DNA of 64,000 nt. It comes from Candidatus Xenobia bacterium (GTDB taxonomy: Bacteria; Vulcanimicrobiota; Xenobia; Xenobiales; QWHO01). The stretch covers positions 32,001 through 96,000 of the forward strand of contig BTUM01000019.1 in NCBI GenBank assembly GCA_045863235.1. Reading direction: 5' to 3'. Below the pieces are notes generated by a model. It searched no databases. It was not told where the DNA came from and worked only from the letters and a program-made list of their open reading frames with translations. Position 1 is the first letter of the stretch. Each line of letters begins with the position of its first letter. Below, in pieces: positions 7,891 through 16,974 of the stretch. The position numbers and the translations under genes are program-made.

Positions 7891-9689
7891 TCGGTCCCTC
7901 CCGGAACTTGCAGAGGACCGGAGGTAGTCGGCTCGCCCTGCCCCGTCACGTCGTGCCATTGCAGTTCGGCCGGGTAACTCGAGGAGGCCTCGGGGAAGGT
8001 CAGCAGACGCACGACCTTCTTTTCGCCCGGCCCCAGGTCGAAGTGGCGAACCAGGCTTGGCGGAGCGCCTTGCGGCTTGCGAAAGGGGGTTTCATAAACC
8101 TTGCCGTCGATGAGAAACGAGCCGGCGGCGGGTCCGTTCAGAGGCAGAAAATAGAGACCCACCCGGACCGGGAAGGGGCGCGGATTGATCAGTGTCGTCT
8201 CCAGCCGATAAAACACCCCGAAATTGCCGGTGTTGGGCAACCCGGTTTCGAAGTCGATCAGCCAGGGATCTTCTCCGAAGCGCACCCCGACCGGGGCTCC
8301 CCCGGTGCGAAACTCGAGCTCTTCTTCGAAATATGGCTGGGCAAAGACGCCGTGGGGGTGAATCTTGAAAGGGTTGAAGGGGGCGCCCAGGTGGGGCAAC
8401 TTCTTACCGTCGTTGAAGCTGGGGGCCAGCTCGGTGCGCACTTCGACCTCCAGCGACTCGCCTTCCAGAATGCGGAGGTTGGCAAAGCCGGTCACCAGAG
8501 CCTGGGTGCCAACCTCATGGGCAGCCAGCTCCAGCTTCGTCCGCGGCGGCATGGTGAGCACGTAACCAGCGCCGTCCCCCTCTTGCTCGAGAAATCGCGT
8601 GGCCGAGGTGTGCCCTACCAGAACCTCGTTCCGACTCGGACCAGCGTACAGCGTGTTGACCAGCACCTTGACTGCCTGGTCGTTGGGGTTCTCCAGATTG
8701 ACCCACAGGTTGCGCTTGCCTTTGGAGATGTTTTTATGGCTGTACATCAGCCGGCTGGGCTCTTTCTGGCTGAACTTGTATTGCAGCAGGACCCCATCCA
8801 CGTCAACGAGTTCGGGGCGATTGGAGACCAACAGCAAGTTGGCCTCGACCGGCTCGACGTCCAGGCTGCTGACCACAACGGGCAGGCTCCTGGCGACAGG
8901 ATAATAATCCTCGCTGCCTTCGATCTTGATAGGCACGGTCAGTCGCATCATCTGGCCGCGCGGGACGGAAGGGAGCTCGCTCAAATCCCCCCCCACGCTC
9001 ATCACACAGCCCGGACGCACCCGGGCCTGCACATAGGCTTCCCGCAAGACCCCTTCGGCCACCACCGCGCCCGGGGCTGGATTGCCCACCACCTGGACGT
9101 TGACCACCTCGGGCAAGGTTCCGGCCCAGTCCTTGACGTGGACGAAGAGATAGGCCTGACCCTGGCCTCGACGCACCTTCAAGCGGGTCTTGCCCACCCG
9201 CGATCCGGTCAGGGTCAAGAGCCCGGTCTCATCGACCGCAGCCTGGACCACCCCGTTGGCGTCCTCCACCTCGATGGGCCCTTCGGCCAGGCCGGTCACC
9301 TCGATCGTGCGCGCCTCGCCAACGGGCATAACCACTCGCCCGGGAGAAAGTCGCACCAACCCATCGGCGACCAGCTCGTGCAGGTTGTTGGCCCAGCGCA
9401 GAGCCAGCTTGAGGGGGTCGCTCTGGTTGGCCGCGGCCATGCTCCTGGTGACCTCGACGATCAGCACCCCGCCCCAGAGAATGGTGGCGCCATTCTTACT
9501 CTTGACGACCTTGATGCCTTCGGGGTCGGCCCCTCGCTCGAGTTGCGCTTCGATGCGCCGGGACACGGCTTCGGCCTGCTCGGCGCTTTCCAGTCGCATC
9601 ACGACTCGATCGCCCAGAGTGACTTCCTGGGCCAGACCAGGCAAAGCCAGGGCCAGGAAAAAGACCATAACCAGGACCCGAACGCTCAC
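7881..9689 (-). CDS. Secreted hypothetical protein (Ig-like/pilus-assembly-like N-terminal part, beta-rich C-terminal domain)
   Basis: Signal peptide MSVRVLVMVFFLALALPGLA-Q; 602 aa; overlaps both lpxD and lpxC. Confidence 0.75.
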   Translation of the reverse strand: MSVRVLVMVFFLALALPGLAQEVTLGDRVVMRLESAEQAEAVSRRIEAQLERGADPEGIKVVKSKNGATILWGGVLIVEVTRSMAAANQSDPLKLALRWANNLHELVADGLVRLSPGRVVMPVGEARTIEVTGLAEGPIEVEDANGVVQAAVDETGLLTLTGSRVGKTRLKVRRGQGQAYLFVHVKDWAGTLPEVVNVQVVGNPAPGAVVAEGVLREAYVQARVRPGCVMSVGGDLSELPSVPRGQMMRLTVPIKIEGSEDYYPVARSLPVVVSSLDVEPVEANLLLVSNRPELVDVDGVLLQYKFSQKEPSRLMYSHKNISKGKRNLWVNLENPNDQAVKVLVNTLYAGPSRNEVLVGHTSATRFLEQEGDGAGYVLTMPPRTKLELAAHEVGTQALVTGFANLRILEGESLEVEVRTELAPSFNDGKKLPHLGAPFNPFKIHPHGVFAQPYFEEELEFRTGGAPVGVRFGEDPWLIDFETGLPNTGNFGVFYRLETTLINPRPFPVRVGLYFLPLNGPAAGSFLIDGKVYETPFRKPQGAPPSLVRHFDLGPGEKKVVRLLTFPEASSSYPAELQWHDVTGQGEPTTSGPLQVPGGTEWK

Positions 9690-10609
9690 TGGCGATCTCC
9701 CAGCAGGCGCTCGAGCTCCTTGAGCGCCTGCGGCAGCCGGTGAAGAGCGGCATACACCTCGACCGCTTCCTTCCTGTCACGCCCCGGGTACCCGGCCAGA
9801 ACCGCGCCCGGAGGCACCTTCTTACGCATCGAGCCGCAACGCGGCAAAAGCTCGACCCCGTCACCAAGCTCTACATGGCCGAGAGTTCCGCTCTGCCAGC
9901 CCAGACGGCAATCCTGCCCGATGTGGGCCGAACCGGGCAGGCCAACCTGCTCGCCGATGACGGTCCGGTCGCCAACCTGGACGTTGTGACCGATCTGAGT
10001 CAGGCTGCCAATCCTCACCTCGCGGCCGATCCGGGTGGTCGTGGTGGTGGCCCGGTCGATGCACACACCGGACTCGATGACCGAGTCGTCGCCGACCTCC
10101 ACCAGACCCACCTGAGGAATCTTGAGGTGCTGGCCCTGGTCCACCACGTAGCCGTAACCGTCGCTGCCCAGAATGGCACCCGAGGCCACTCGAACCCTGC
10201 GACCCAGGCGCACTCCTTGCATCAGCACGGCCCCCGGCTCGAGCAAGCACTCCTCGCCGACCTCAACGCCGGCGGCGACGAAACAGCACGGCCCGACCAG
10301 CACGCGGTCACCCAGGCGAGCACCGGGCTCGACCACGGCCCCGGCTCCGACGGTAACCCCCTCGCCCAACCAGGCCTCGGCCGACACGGCTGCTCCCGGC
10401 ACCAGGGTGAGACAGTCTCTGAGACGCTGGTAAAGCTGCTCGTCGCCCTGGAGCTCGACCCCCACGGTAGCGTCCCCACCTGTGCTGCCAGGAGGACCCA
10501 GCCCCCCCGGGCGGGCTCCCAGGCAGCTGATGCGCAGTTCGGGCTGGTCGGTAGTAGCGCCGAATTCTCGGGCCAGATCGACCAGACGCCAGGGTGGACC
10601 GTTTAGCAA
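9686..10609 (-). CDS. lpxD: UDP-3-O-(3-hydroxyacyl)glucosamine N-acyltransferase
   Basis: Hexapeptide repeats, GSDGYGY, KIPQVG.V, CIDRAT, QIGHNV (catalytic His), GYP. Confidence 0.88.
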   Translation of the reverse strand: MLNGPPWRLVDLAREFGATTDQPELRISCLGARPGGLGPPGSTGGDATVGVELQGDEQLYQRLRDCLTLVPGAAVSAEAWLGEGVTVGAGAVVEPGARLGDRVLVGPCCFVAAGVEVGEECLLEPGAVLMQGVRLGRRVRVASGAILGSDGYGYVVDQGQHLKIPQVGLVEVGDDSVIESGVCIDRATTTTTRIGREVRIGSLTQIGHNVQVGDRTVIGEQVGLPGSAHIGQDCRLGWQSGTLGHVELGDGVELLPRCGSMRKKVPPGAVLAGYPGRDRKEAVEVYAALHRLPQALKELERLLGDRQ

Positions 10610-10636
10610 AGGCGATATCCTCGCACGGATGGTCAG

Positions 10637-11080
10637 CTACTTCTGGTTCAGCTTGATGAGGATGTCGGTGGTCACATTCTCACCGCTCGTGTACTGCACG
10701 GCGGGCAGATGCATGGTATCGATCACGACCACGTCCAGCCCCCGCTCGCGGGCCACCTGCTCGGAAGCCTGGGTGATGCGCCGGTAGGCGTCTTCGTAAA
10801 ACTTGCTCGAGCGAGCCTGCCACGACTTGGAGGCCCGCTGGATGCGGTCGTTGAGGTCCTTCAGCTTCCGCTTGTCAAACTCTTCCCTGGATTGGGGAAT
10901 GCTGGAGAGAAAGCTCCCCGTCTCCGCTGCCCAACTCAAGTTCATGTCACGAAACTCGGGCATCTCGCTGACCACACGCTCGGTATTGACGACGCCGACC
11001 TTCAGCTTGCGCGGCTCGCCCTGACCGCAACCGACGACCAGCAACACCAGGCTCAAGAGGACGGCTCTGGTCATGCTCAT
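10637..11080 (-). CDS. Skp/OmpH-family protein, putative lipoprotein
   Basis: Lipobox-like LLVVG-C; KVGVVNTERV...coiled coil...ASEQVARERGLDVVV...NVTTDILIKL. Confidence 0.75.
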   Translation of the reverse strand: MSMTRAVLLSLVLLVVGCGQGEPRKLKVGVVNTERVVSEMPEFRDMNLSWAAETGSFLSSIPQSREEFDKRKLKDLNDRIQRASKSWQARSSKFYEDAYRRITQASEQVARERGLDVVVIDTMHLPAVQYTSGENVTTDILIKLNQK

Positions 11081-11565
11081 TTCTTCTTCTCGGGCGCCTT
11101 CGGCGGAGTTTGCTGGAGTTTGAGCTCCAGGTCCTGGGTGATGCTCACCGCGCCATACTCCACGGTGGGATAGCCAGGCGTGTCCACCAACACGAGGTCG
11201 ATGCCCTTATCCTTGCTGACCGCCTCGGCCGCCTCGCTGATGTGCGCGAAACGGGTCTTGAGGAACTCCTGAGTCTTGGTGAACCACTTCTTGTCCAGCT
11301 CGGCATTCATCTGGCGGAACTTGCTCAGATCGGTCTGGCTAAGATTGCTCGGGCCTCCGGCCTCGCGAATGCGGGCGTTGATCTTCTTCTGCAACTCGAC
11401 CCGGGCCTTGGCATAGTCGCTGGCCATCTTCTGATAATCCGGGTCGCTCTGCACCAGCGAAACGGTGTTCACAGTTCCGGTCGTCAATTTGCCCGTGGGG
11501 CTGCAACCGACCAGAGCCAACAGCCCCAGCGCCACCCCCAACAATGCCGTGCGTTTCATAAACAT
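11077..11565 (-). CDS. Skp/OmpH-family protein, putative lipoprotein
   Basis: Lipobox-like LALVG-C; TGTVN...AAEAVSKDKGIDLVL...YGAVSITQDL. Confidence 0.75.
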   Translation of the reverse strand: MFMKRTALLGVALGLLALVGCSPTGKLTTGTVNTVSLVQSDPDYQKMASDYAKARVELQKKINARIREAGGPSNLSQTDLSKFRQMNAELDKKWFTKTQEFLKTRFAHISEAAEAVSKDKGIDLVLVDTPGYPTVEYGAVSITQDLELKLQQTPPKAPEKKK

Positions 11566-11569
11566 CCTC

Positions 11570-12994
11570 CTAGGGCGATTCGGGCCTGGCCTTGGTCTTG
11601 ATAGCGACCATCGCGTAGTCAGTCAGATCGACACAGCCACGATTCTCAACGTAGGTGCCGATCACAATGTCGATCTTCTGCTTCTTGGCCACTTCGCCGA
11701 TGTCGCCCTTGAGGTCCGCCACCATCTTGTCGAAAAGCTCGTTACGCTGTGTCTGGAGCTTGTCACGCTGCTCCTCGAGCACCTTGATCTTCTCCCTGGT
11801 GGCTGCCGAGAGTCCCTCTCGGGCATTGGCCTGCACGGCCTTCTTCAGCTCTTCTTGCTGCTTCTCAATGCGGGCCTTCAGCTCTTCCGACTTTGTCTTG
11901 AGCCGGGCCACGGCCACACCCTGCTCGGCTTCCATCTTCTGGCGAGCGGCAGCCGCTTCGGCCTCCATCTTGGAGCGCAGCTCATCTTGCTTCTTGGCGA
12001 TCATCGCCTTGATCTCCGGTGTCAAGGTGGGCTGCTTGGGGCGAGGGGCCGGGGGAGGGGCCCCCGCGCTGGCAGGCAGAGCCCCGATCTGGCCCTCGAC
12101 CTCGCGATTGACTTTGTCGATGGCGGCTTTGGTTTCGGCCGCCTGGCGGGCCTCGGAATCGGCCCGGAAGGTCTTGAAGCTGCCCTCGAGCTCGGCACGC
12201 TTGGCGTCCTTGAGCCGCTCTTCCTCGTCCGAGATGGCCTCGAGCTGGGCCTGCAGGTCGGCCTGCTCGGCCTCGTCCTTGGCCACCTGAACTTTCAGCT
12301 GAAGGTTCAGCTTCTCTTGCTGATGGGTCTTCATGATCTCGTCTTCGTACGCGGCGATCTCCGAGTCGATGCGGGCTCGCTCGGCCTCGCGCTGCTCGCG
12401 GTGCACTTTCTCGACCTCGAGCTTGATGGCTTGAACCTTGCGCTCGCGCAGGAGCAAGAGGTTCTTGCGCTGCTCGCCGAGAGGCGCCGGCATGTTGACT
12501 GGCTCGGCCGGCGCGGCCGCTTCAGGAGCGTTCTTCTTGATGTAGGCTTCGAGCTCTTTCTGCATCTCGGCCGAGCCCTTGGCTGCCTCAGCATCGAGCC
12601 GGGCCTTCATCTGATCGGAGAGCCCTGCCATCTCGGCCGCGATGGCCGCCTGCTCGGCCTCCATCTCGGACTGCGCTCTCATGAGCTCTTTCTTGTACTT
12701 CTCCTGGGCGGCTCTCAGAATGTCATCGCGGTCCTGCATAGGCGCGAACTCGATCTCTTGCTTGAGCCCGGCCAGTTGCTCGTCGAGTTGGGTCAAGCGC
12801 TCGTAGTCAGGATGAGCCTTGAGCAGGTTGGAATAGTCCACCACGCCCAGCGTGCCGCCCAGGGCCTCACGGACCGCAGCCTGCTGATCTTGAGCCCCCA
12901 CCGGAGTCGCCAGAAAGGCGCCCGAGGCCAGGACCGAAACCAGCGCCAATCCACTCCCCCAGCGCAACCATGCGGATCGCAAAGTGTTGTGCAT
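11570..12994 (-). CDS. Elongated Skp/OmpH-family protein with ~350-aa coiled coil
   Basis: Signal peptide; GVVDYSNLLKAHP head, long Glu/Lys/Ala/Gln helices, C-terminal IGEVAKKQKIDIVI...VDLTD. Confidence 0.75.
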   Translation of the reverse strand: MHNTLRSAWLRWGSGLALVSVLASGAFLATPVGAQDQQAAVREALGGTLGVVDYSNLLKAHPDYERLTQLDEQLAGLKQEIEFAPMQDRDDILRAAQEKYKKELMRAQSEMEAEQAAIAAEMAGLSDQMKARLDAEAAKGSAEMQKELEAYIKKNAPEAAAPAEPVNMPAPLGEQRKNLLLLRERKVQAIKLEVEKVHREQREAERARIDSEIAAYEDEIMKTHQQEKLNLQLKVQVAKDEAEQADLQAQLEAISDEEERLKDAKRAELEGSFKTFRADSEARQAAETKAAIDKVNREVEGQIGALPASAGAPPPAPRPKQPTLTPEIKAMIAKKQDELRSKMEAEAAAARQKMEAEQGVAVARLKTKSEELKARIEKQQEELKKAVQANAREGLSAATREKIKVLEEQRDKLQTQRNELFDKMVADLKGDIGEVAKKQKIDIVIGTYVENRGCVDLTDYAMVAIKTKARPESP

Positions 12995-13007
12995 GACCTT
13001 GCCCTCC

Positions 13008-13940
13008 TTACGGACTGCCGGGAGCTTTGGTGTTGGCGGCCGGAGTGCCCTTGCTGCCAGTCTTCTTCAGGAAGGTATCCACCACTTCGTTGGTGAGGTT
13101 TCGCCCTCCATACATGACGTGCACTTTGTCGAGCACCAACGAAACGTTGTTGGCCTCCGCCGCCTCGGACACCGACTGATTGACGGCTTGCACGAGGGGG
13201 GCAACCTCGGATTCCTGGCGAGCTTCCATGCGCATCATCAGCTCCTTCTGGAGATTCTCCACCTCTTGCTGACTGCGACCCTGGGCTTTCTTACGGAACT
13301 CCTCGCCCAGCTCATTCTTGAGGGCGGCGAGCTTGAGGTCCACCTCCTGGAAGGCCTTCAGGTTGCGCACGACATCCTGGTCGAAGTAGGCGATTGGCGA
13401 GTCCTTGGTATCATCCTCGGCCGGCAGCTTGAGCTCGGCCTTGGAGGTGAATTGAGACTTGACTTCCTCGGTGATGTCCTCGACCCCATAGACCACGATG
13501 CGCTTATCCAGCACGACCTTGTAATTCTTGTTGCGAGCCACGATGGCGATGGCCGCCTCGGCCCGGGTCTGCAACGGCTGGAGGGTCTTGTTTCGCTCCT
13601 GCTGCAGCTCCAACTCGAACTCGGAGGCCTTTTCACGCACCTTGCGGGCACCCTCCTCGTTACGCGGTTGGGTGGCGGCAAACTCCTCCAGCTTTTTGGT
13701 GTATTCGGAGTTTTTCTTGTCCAGGTGCTCGCGCGCCTTGGTGAAGTCCTCGAGCTGGTAGATGGCGTCCGAGTCGAGCGAGGCTACCTTCTTGACGGGC
13801 GAGCCGACACCGCCGCTCCTGAGCACGAACCAACCGGCGGCGATGGCCACCAGCAGCAGGACGAAGCCTGCGATCAAAGGGATCTTATTGGAGCCTCCGC
13901 CGGACGAGGGGGATGTCATCGTGGTTTCTCCGTCTTGCAT
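13008..13940 (-). CDS. Tandem two-domain Skp/OmpH protein with N-terminal membrane anchor
   Basis: One TM helix followed by two OmpH repeats (VARNKNYKVVLDK..V.YG..DIT and AAEANNVSLVLDK..V.YGG.NLT); GAGGAGG SD. Confidence 0.8.
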   Translation of the reverse strand: MQDGETTMTSPSSGGGSNKIPLIAGFVLLLVAIAAGWFVLRSGGVGSPVKKVASLDSDAIYQLEDFTKAREHLDKKNSEYTKKLEEFAATQPRNEEGARKVREKASEFELELQQERNKTLQPLQTRAEAAIAIVARNKNYKVVLDKRIVVYGVEDITEEVKSQFTSKAELKLPAEDDTKDSPIAYFDQDVVRNLKAFQEVDLKLAALKNELGEEFRKKAQGRSQQEVENLQKELMMRMEARQESEVAPLVQAVNQSVSEAAEANNVSLVLDKVHVMYGGRNLTNEVVDTFLKKTGSKGTPAANTKAPGSP

Positions 13941-14142
13941 GCGAAATGGACCTCCTCAAGAGCCGGGGGCTTTCGCGCCGCCGCCCGCCAGAACGATGTC
14001 TCACACGCGGGTGAGCTTTGGGTTATCGGTAGTCTATCCGTTTCCGCTCGGCTGTCAACAGTCCGACCAGGAACAATCAGGCAACCGTTACAGCAACGGA
14101 CGCAGAAGGACTTGAAAAAGTTCCCAACTCAGCTGGGGTTTT

Positions 14143-16695
14143 TCAGAACGACTGGCCGATGCCCAGACTGGCCCGACCGCCGTCTTCTCCGAAGGCGTAG
14201 TCGATGCGGATGACGCCCAGCCCGAGGCTGGGGAACACGATGCGAAGACCGGCTCCGACGTCAGCTTTGAGGGCGCCCGAGGTGACCCCCGGAGTCCAGG
14301 CATTGCCGGCGTCAGCAAACACAGCCCCACGCAAGAACTTGATGCGGCCGATTCCGAAGCGATACTCGGCGTTCAGCACCACGAAGCGGGTTCCGAAGAA
14401 GGCGTTCTCACGATAGCCACGCAACGTGTCCGTGCCACCCGCGAAGAAGAACTCCGAAACCGGGGCGTTCCCGTTCAGCATTCCGGCCCAGGCCCGCATG
14501 GCCAGGGTCGAGTTGCTACCGAACGGAATGTAGGAGCGGCCCTCGGCGACCAGCTTCGTGTAGCTGAAATCCCCACCCAGACCGGCAAAGGCGACCGAGC
14601 CGTTGGCAAAGTTGCCCACGGTCGGATTGAAAACATCGTCGCGCGTGTCGTAGAGGGCCGAGACGGCCAGGCTGTTCAGATCGCCATTTCCAATGCCCAC
14701 GGGCACGAACAGCGATTCTGGATCCTGGGTAATCTCGATGGTCTCGCGGCGGAAGGTCAAGAAGCCGCGGAAGTCGTCGGTAAAGGGATGTCCGTAGGTG
14801 ATCGTGCCGCCATAGCGGCGATCATCATACAGGGCGAACTGATCGGGATTCCCGCCGATGACCGGCTGGCGTAGCCCGGAAACTTCGTTGAGGAACAAGG
14901 AGATGCCGATGGAGTCCTGGTTGTCGTTGATGGCCGGATCGAAGTAGCTCAGGCCCAGAGCGCTGATGTTGGCACCGCGCTGCCACTGGACGCTGACCGA
15001 CTTGCCCTGGCCGAAGAGGTTGCGGTCGGAGAAAGAGATGGCACCGGTGATGCCCGGTCGCACCGCGCCCGAGCCGCCACCGGCATAACCCACGCCGATG
15101 GTGGCCAGGCCCGTCTTCTGCTCTTCCACCGCCAGAACGAGCACCACCTTGCCCGGCTCGGTGCCAGGCTCGGGCTCGATATTGACTTTCTTGAAGTAAC
15201 CGAGGTTGTTGAGACGCTCGAGGTCCTTTTGAATCTTGCGCCGCTGCAAGACCTCACCGGGCTTGGTGCGCAGATTCCTGGTGATGGTGTCGGTTTCGGT
15301 CTTGGTGTTGCCCTCGACCCGAATCTCTTCCACCACAGCCTCGAGCACCTTGAGGGTCACCGCGCCCTGATCGGGATCAAGCCGCGGACGGATGGTATCC
15401 AGAATGTAGTCGTTCTTTTCGTACAACTCGGCAACGCGAGCACTGTCTTCTTTGATGGTCTTCTGGTTGAAGAGCTCGCCGACTCGGGTCTGAACCAACG
15501 AGCGAACCTCTTGCTCCGGAAAAACGGTCACACCCTCGATGCTCACGGATTGAACCAGCATGCCATCCTTGATAGTGAGGGCGAGGGTTCCCTCGCCCCA
15601 CTTCAAGTCGACCACGTGAGTCGGGGTAAGCAGGTAGCCGAGGTCCTCGTTATAGTACTTATTGATGTTCTGAATGTCGGCGTGCAGAGTGCGAGTATTC
15701 AGAATCTTGCCAGCCCTGGTCTCCATCAACTCGACGATCTTTTCGGTGGGAACCACCTGGTTACCACTGATCACCACCTGGTTGACCATCGGATTCTCGA
15801 GCACCCGGAAGATCAGTCGCACTCCTCCGGGAGCGCCACGCGTATCCAGGCGCACGTCGGTGAAGTAACCCAGATCGAAGATAGCCTGCATGTCACGACG
15901 CAGCCGCGGCTCGAGCACCGGATCACCGATGCGGGTCGAGACCACCTGCAACACCTCTTCCGTGGGAACCTGAGCGTTGCCCTCGATCTCGATATTGACC
16001 ACGCGGGGCGCGGCGGACTCGGGTGGCTGCTCCTCTCCCCCGGGGGTCGGGGTCTCCTCCGAGCCCGGAGCCACGGCGGCCGAATCCACTGGCAGAATGT
16101 CGCGACCGAGCGGAGCCTGAGCGTAACGGGCCGACGAGACGATCATCTCGCGATTGGCCCCCAGGGTAAAAATGACCGAAACCGTGTCGCCCGCCTTCAA
16201 TCCTTCGGCCAACTGGCTGTCGGGCGAAACCAGGAAGATCATGTCCCTCTCGCTGCCATCGGCAGCCTTGCCGCGCACACTGAGTTTTTCGTCTTCGAGC
16301 AACAGGACCTGACCGCTGAAACGATAGGTGCCCTCGGGCAGACTGTCGGCAGCGGGGCTCTCCGCGGGAGGCGTTCCTTCGCCGGCCGGCGCAGCACCCT
16401 CACCTTCAGTCGGCTGAGGCGGAGCCGCGCCATCGCCCTCTGGCGGCTGAGGGGGCGCCCCGCCGGGCTGGGGAGGAACGGCGCCCTCACCCTCCGCAGG
16501 CTGGGGAACCGGGGCCTCAGGCGAGGCCCCCTCCTCCCCGTCGGCCGCGGGCTGAGCCGGAACCGCCTCTTCTTCGGCGGCTACCACCCCGGACTCGGAC
16601 GCTCCGCCACCCGGCAACTCCTGAGCCAACACCCCCACGGGCAAGCTCATAAAGAGCATGGCAACCACCAGGGCGAGGCTAATTTTCTTCTTCAT
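14143..16695 (-). CDS. bamA: Omp85-family outer membrane protein assembly factor
   Basis: Signal peptide, four POTRA-like repeats (V..I.IEGN motifs), beta-barrel with GG.DTLRGY, C-terminal Phe (IGQSF); upstream of skp and lpxD. Confidence 0.9.
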   Translation of the reverse strand: MKKKISLALVVAMLFMSLPVGVLAQELPGGGASESGVVAAEEEAVPAQPAADGEEGASPEAPVPQPAEGEGAVPPQPGGAPPQPPEGDGAAPPQPTEGEGAAPAGEGTPPAESPAADSLPEGTYRFSGQVLLLEDEKLSVRGKAADGSERDMIFLVSPDSQLAEGLKAGDTVSVIFTLGANREMIVSSARYAQAPLGRDILPVDSAAVAPGSEETPTPGGEEQPPESAAPRVVNIEIEGNAQVPTEEVLQVVSTRIGDPVLEPRLRRDMQAIFDLGYFTDVRLDTRGAPGGVRLIFRVLENPMVNQVVISGNQVVPTEKIVELMETRAGKILNTRTLHADIQNINKYYNEDLGYLLTPTHVVDLKWGEGTLALTIKDGMLVQSVSIEGVTVFPEQEVRSLVQTRVGELFNQKTIKEDSARVAELYEKNDYILDTIRPRLDPDQGAVTLKVLEAVVEEIRVEGNTKTETDTITRNLRTKPGEVLQRRKIQKDLERLNNLGYFKKVNIEPEPGTEPGKVVLVLAVEEQKTGLATIGVGYAGGGSGAVRPGITGAISFSDRNLFGQGKSVSVQWQRGANISALGLSYFDPAINDNQDSIGISLFLNEVSGLRQPVIGGNPDQFALYDDRRYGGTITYGHPFTDDFRGFLTFRRETIEITQDPESLFVPVGIGNGDLNSLAVSALYDTRDDVFNPTVGNFANGSVAFAGLGGDFSYTKLVAEGRSYIPFGSNSTLAMRAWAGMLNGNAPVSEFFFAGGTDTLRGYRENAFFGTRFVVLNAEYRFGIGRIKFLRGAVFADAGNAWTPGVTSGALKADVGAGLRIVFPSLGLGVIRIDYAFGEDGGRASLGIGQSF

Positions 16696-16974
16696 TGGTC
16701 AACTCCAGAGATCGGCGGAAAAGCCCGTCACTTCGCAAAAGTCGGCGGCCCTTTCGACGACCGAGAAAGGTGTCCTGCCCTTCAACAGGCTTGAAACCTT
16801 TCACAGTTGGCTCATTGTATGCATGGCTCGGTCCGGGCGCAACCCCAATTTTCTGTTCGCCCTCTCGGCTGACATTGAATTTCTTTCCACATCAAAAGAG
16901 AACTCCCTCCTGATGGGAAAACTCGGACACGAACCGGCGGAGGGGGTGGCCGGATCTTGTGCGAAAGGGCTCCA

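Noticed and set aside
7863..13096. Long plus-strand ORFs (7863-9743, 11465-13096) and similar ones elsewhere (15229-16794, 18129-19655, 41505-43169, 52544-54829, 61628-63166)
   Set aside because: Antisense shadows of motif-bearing genes, expected in high-GC DNA; no recognisable motifs of their own.
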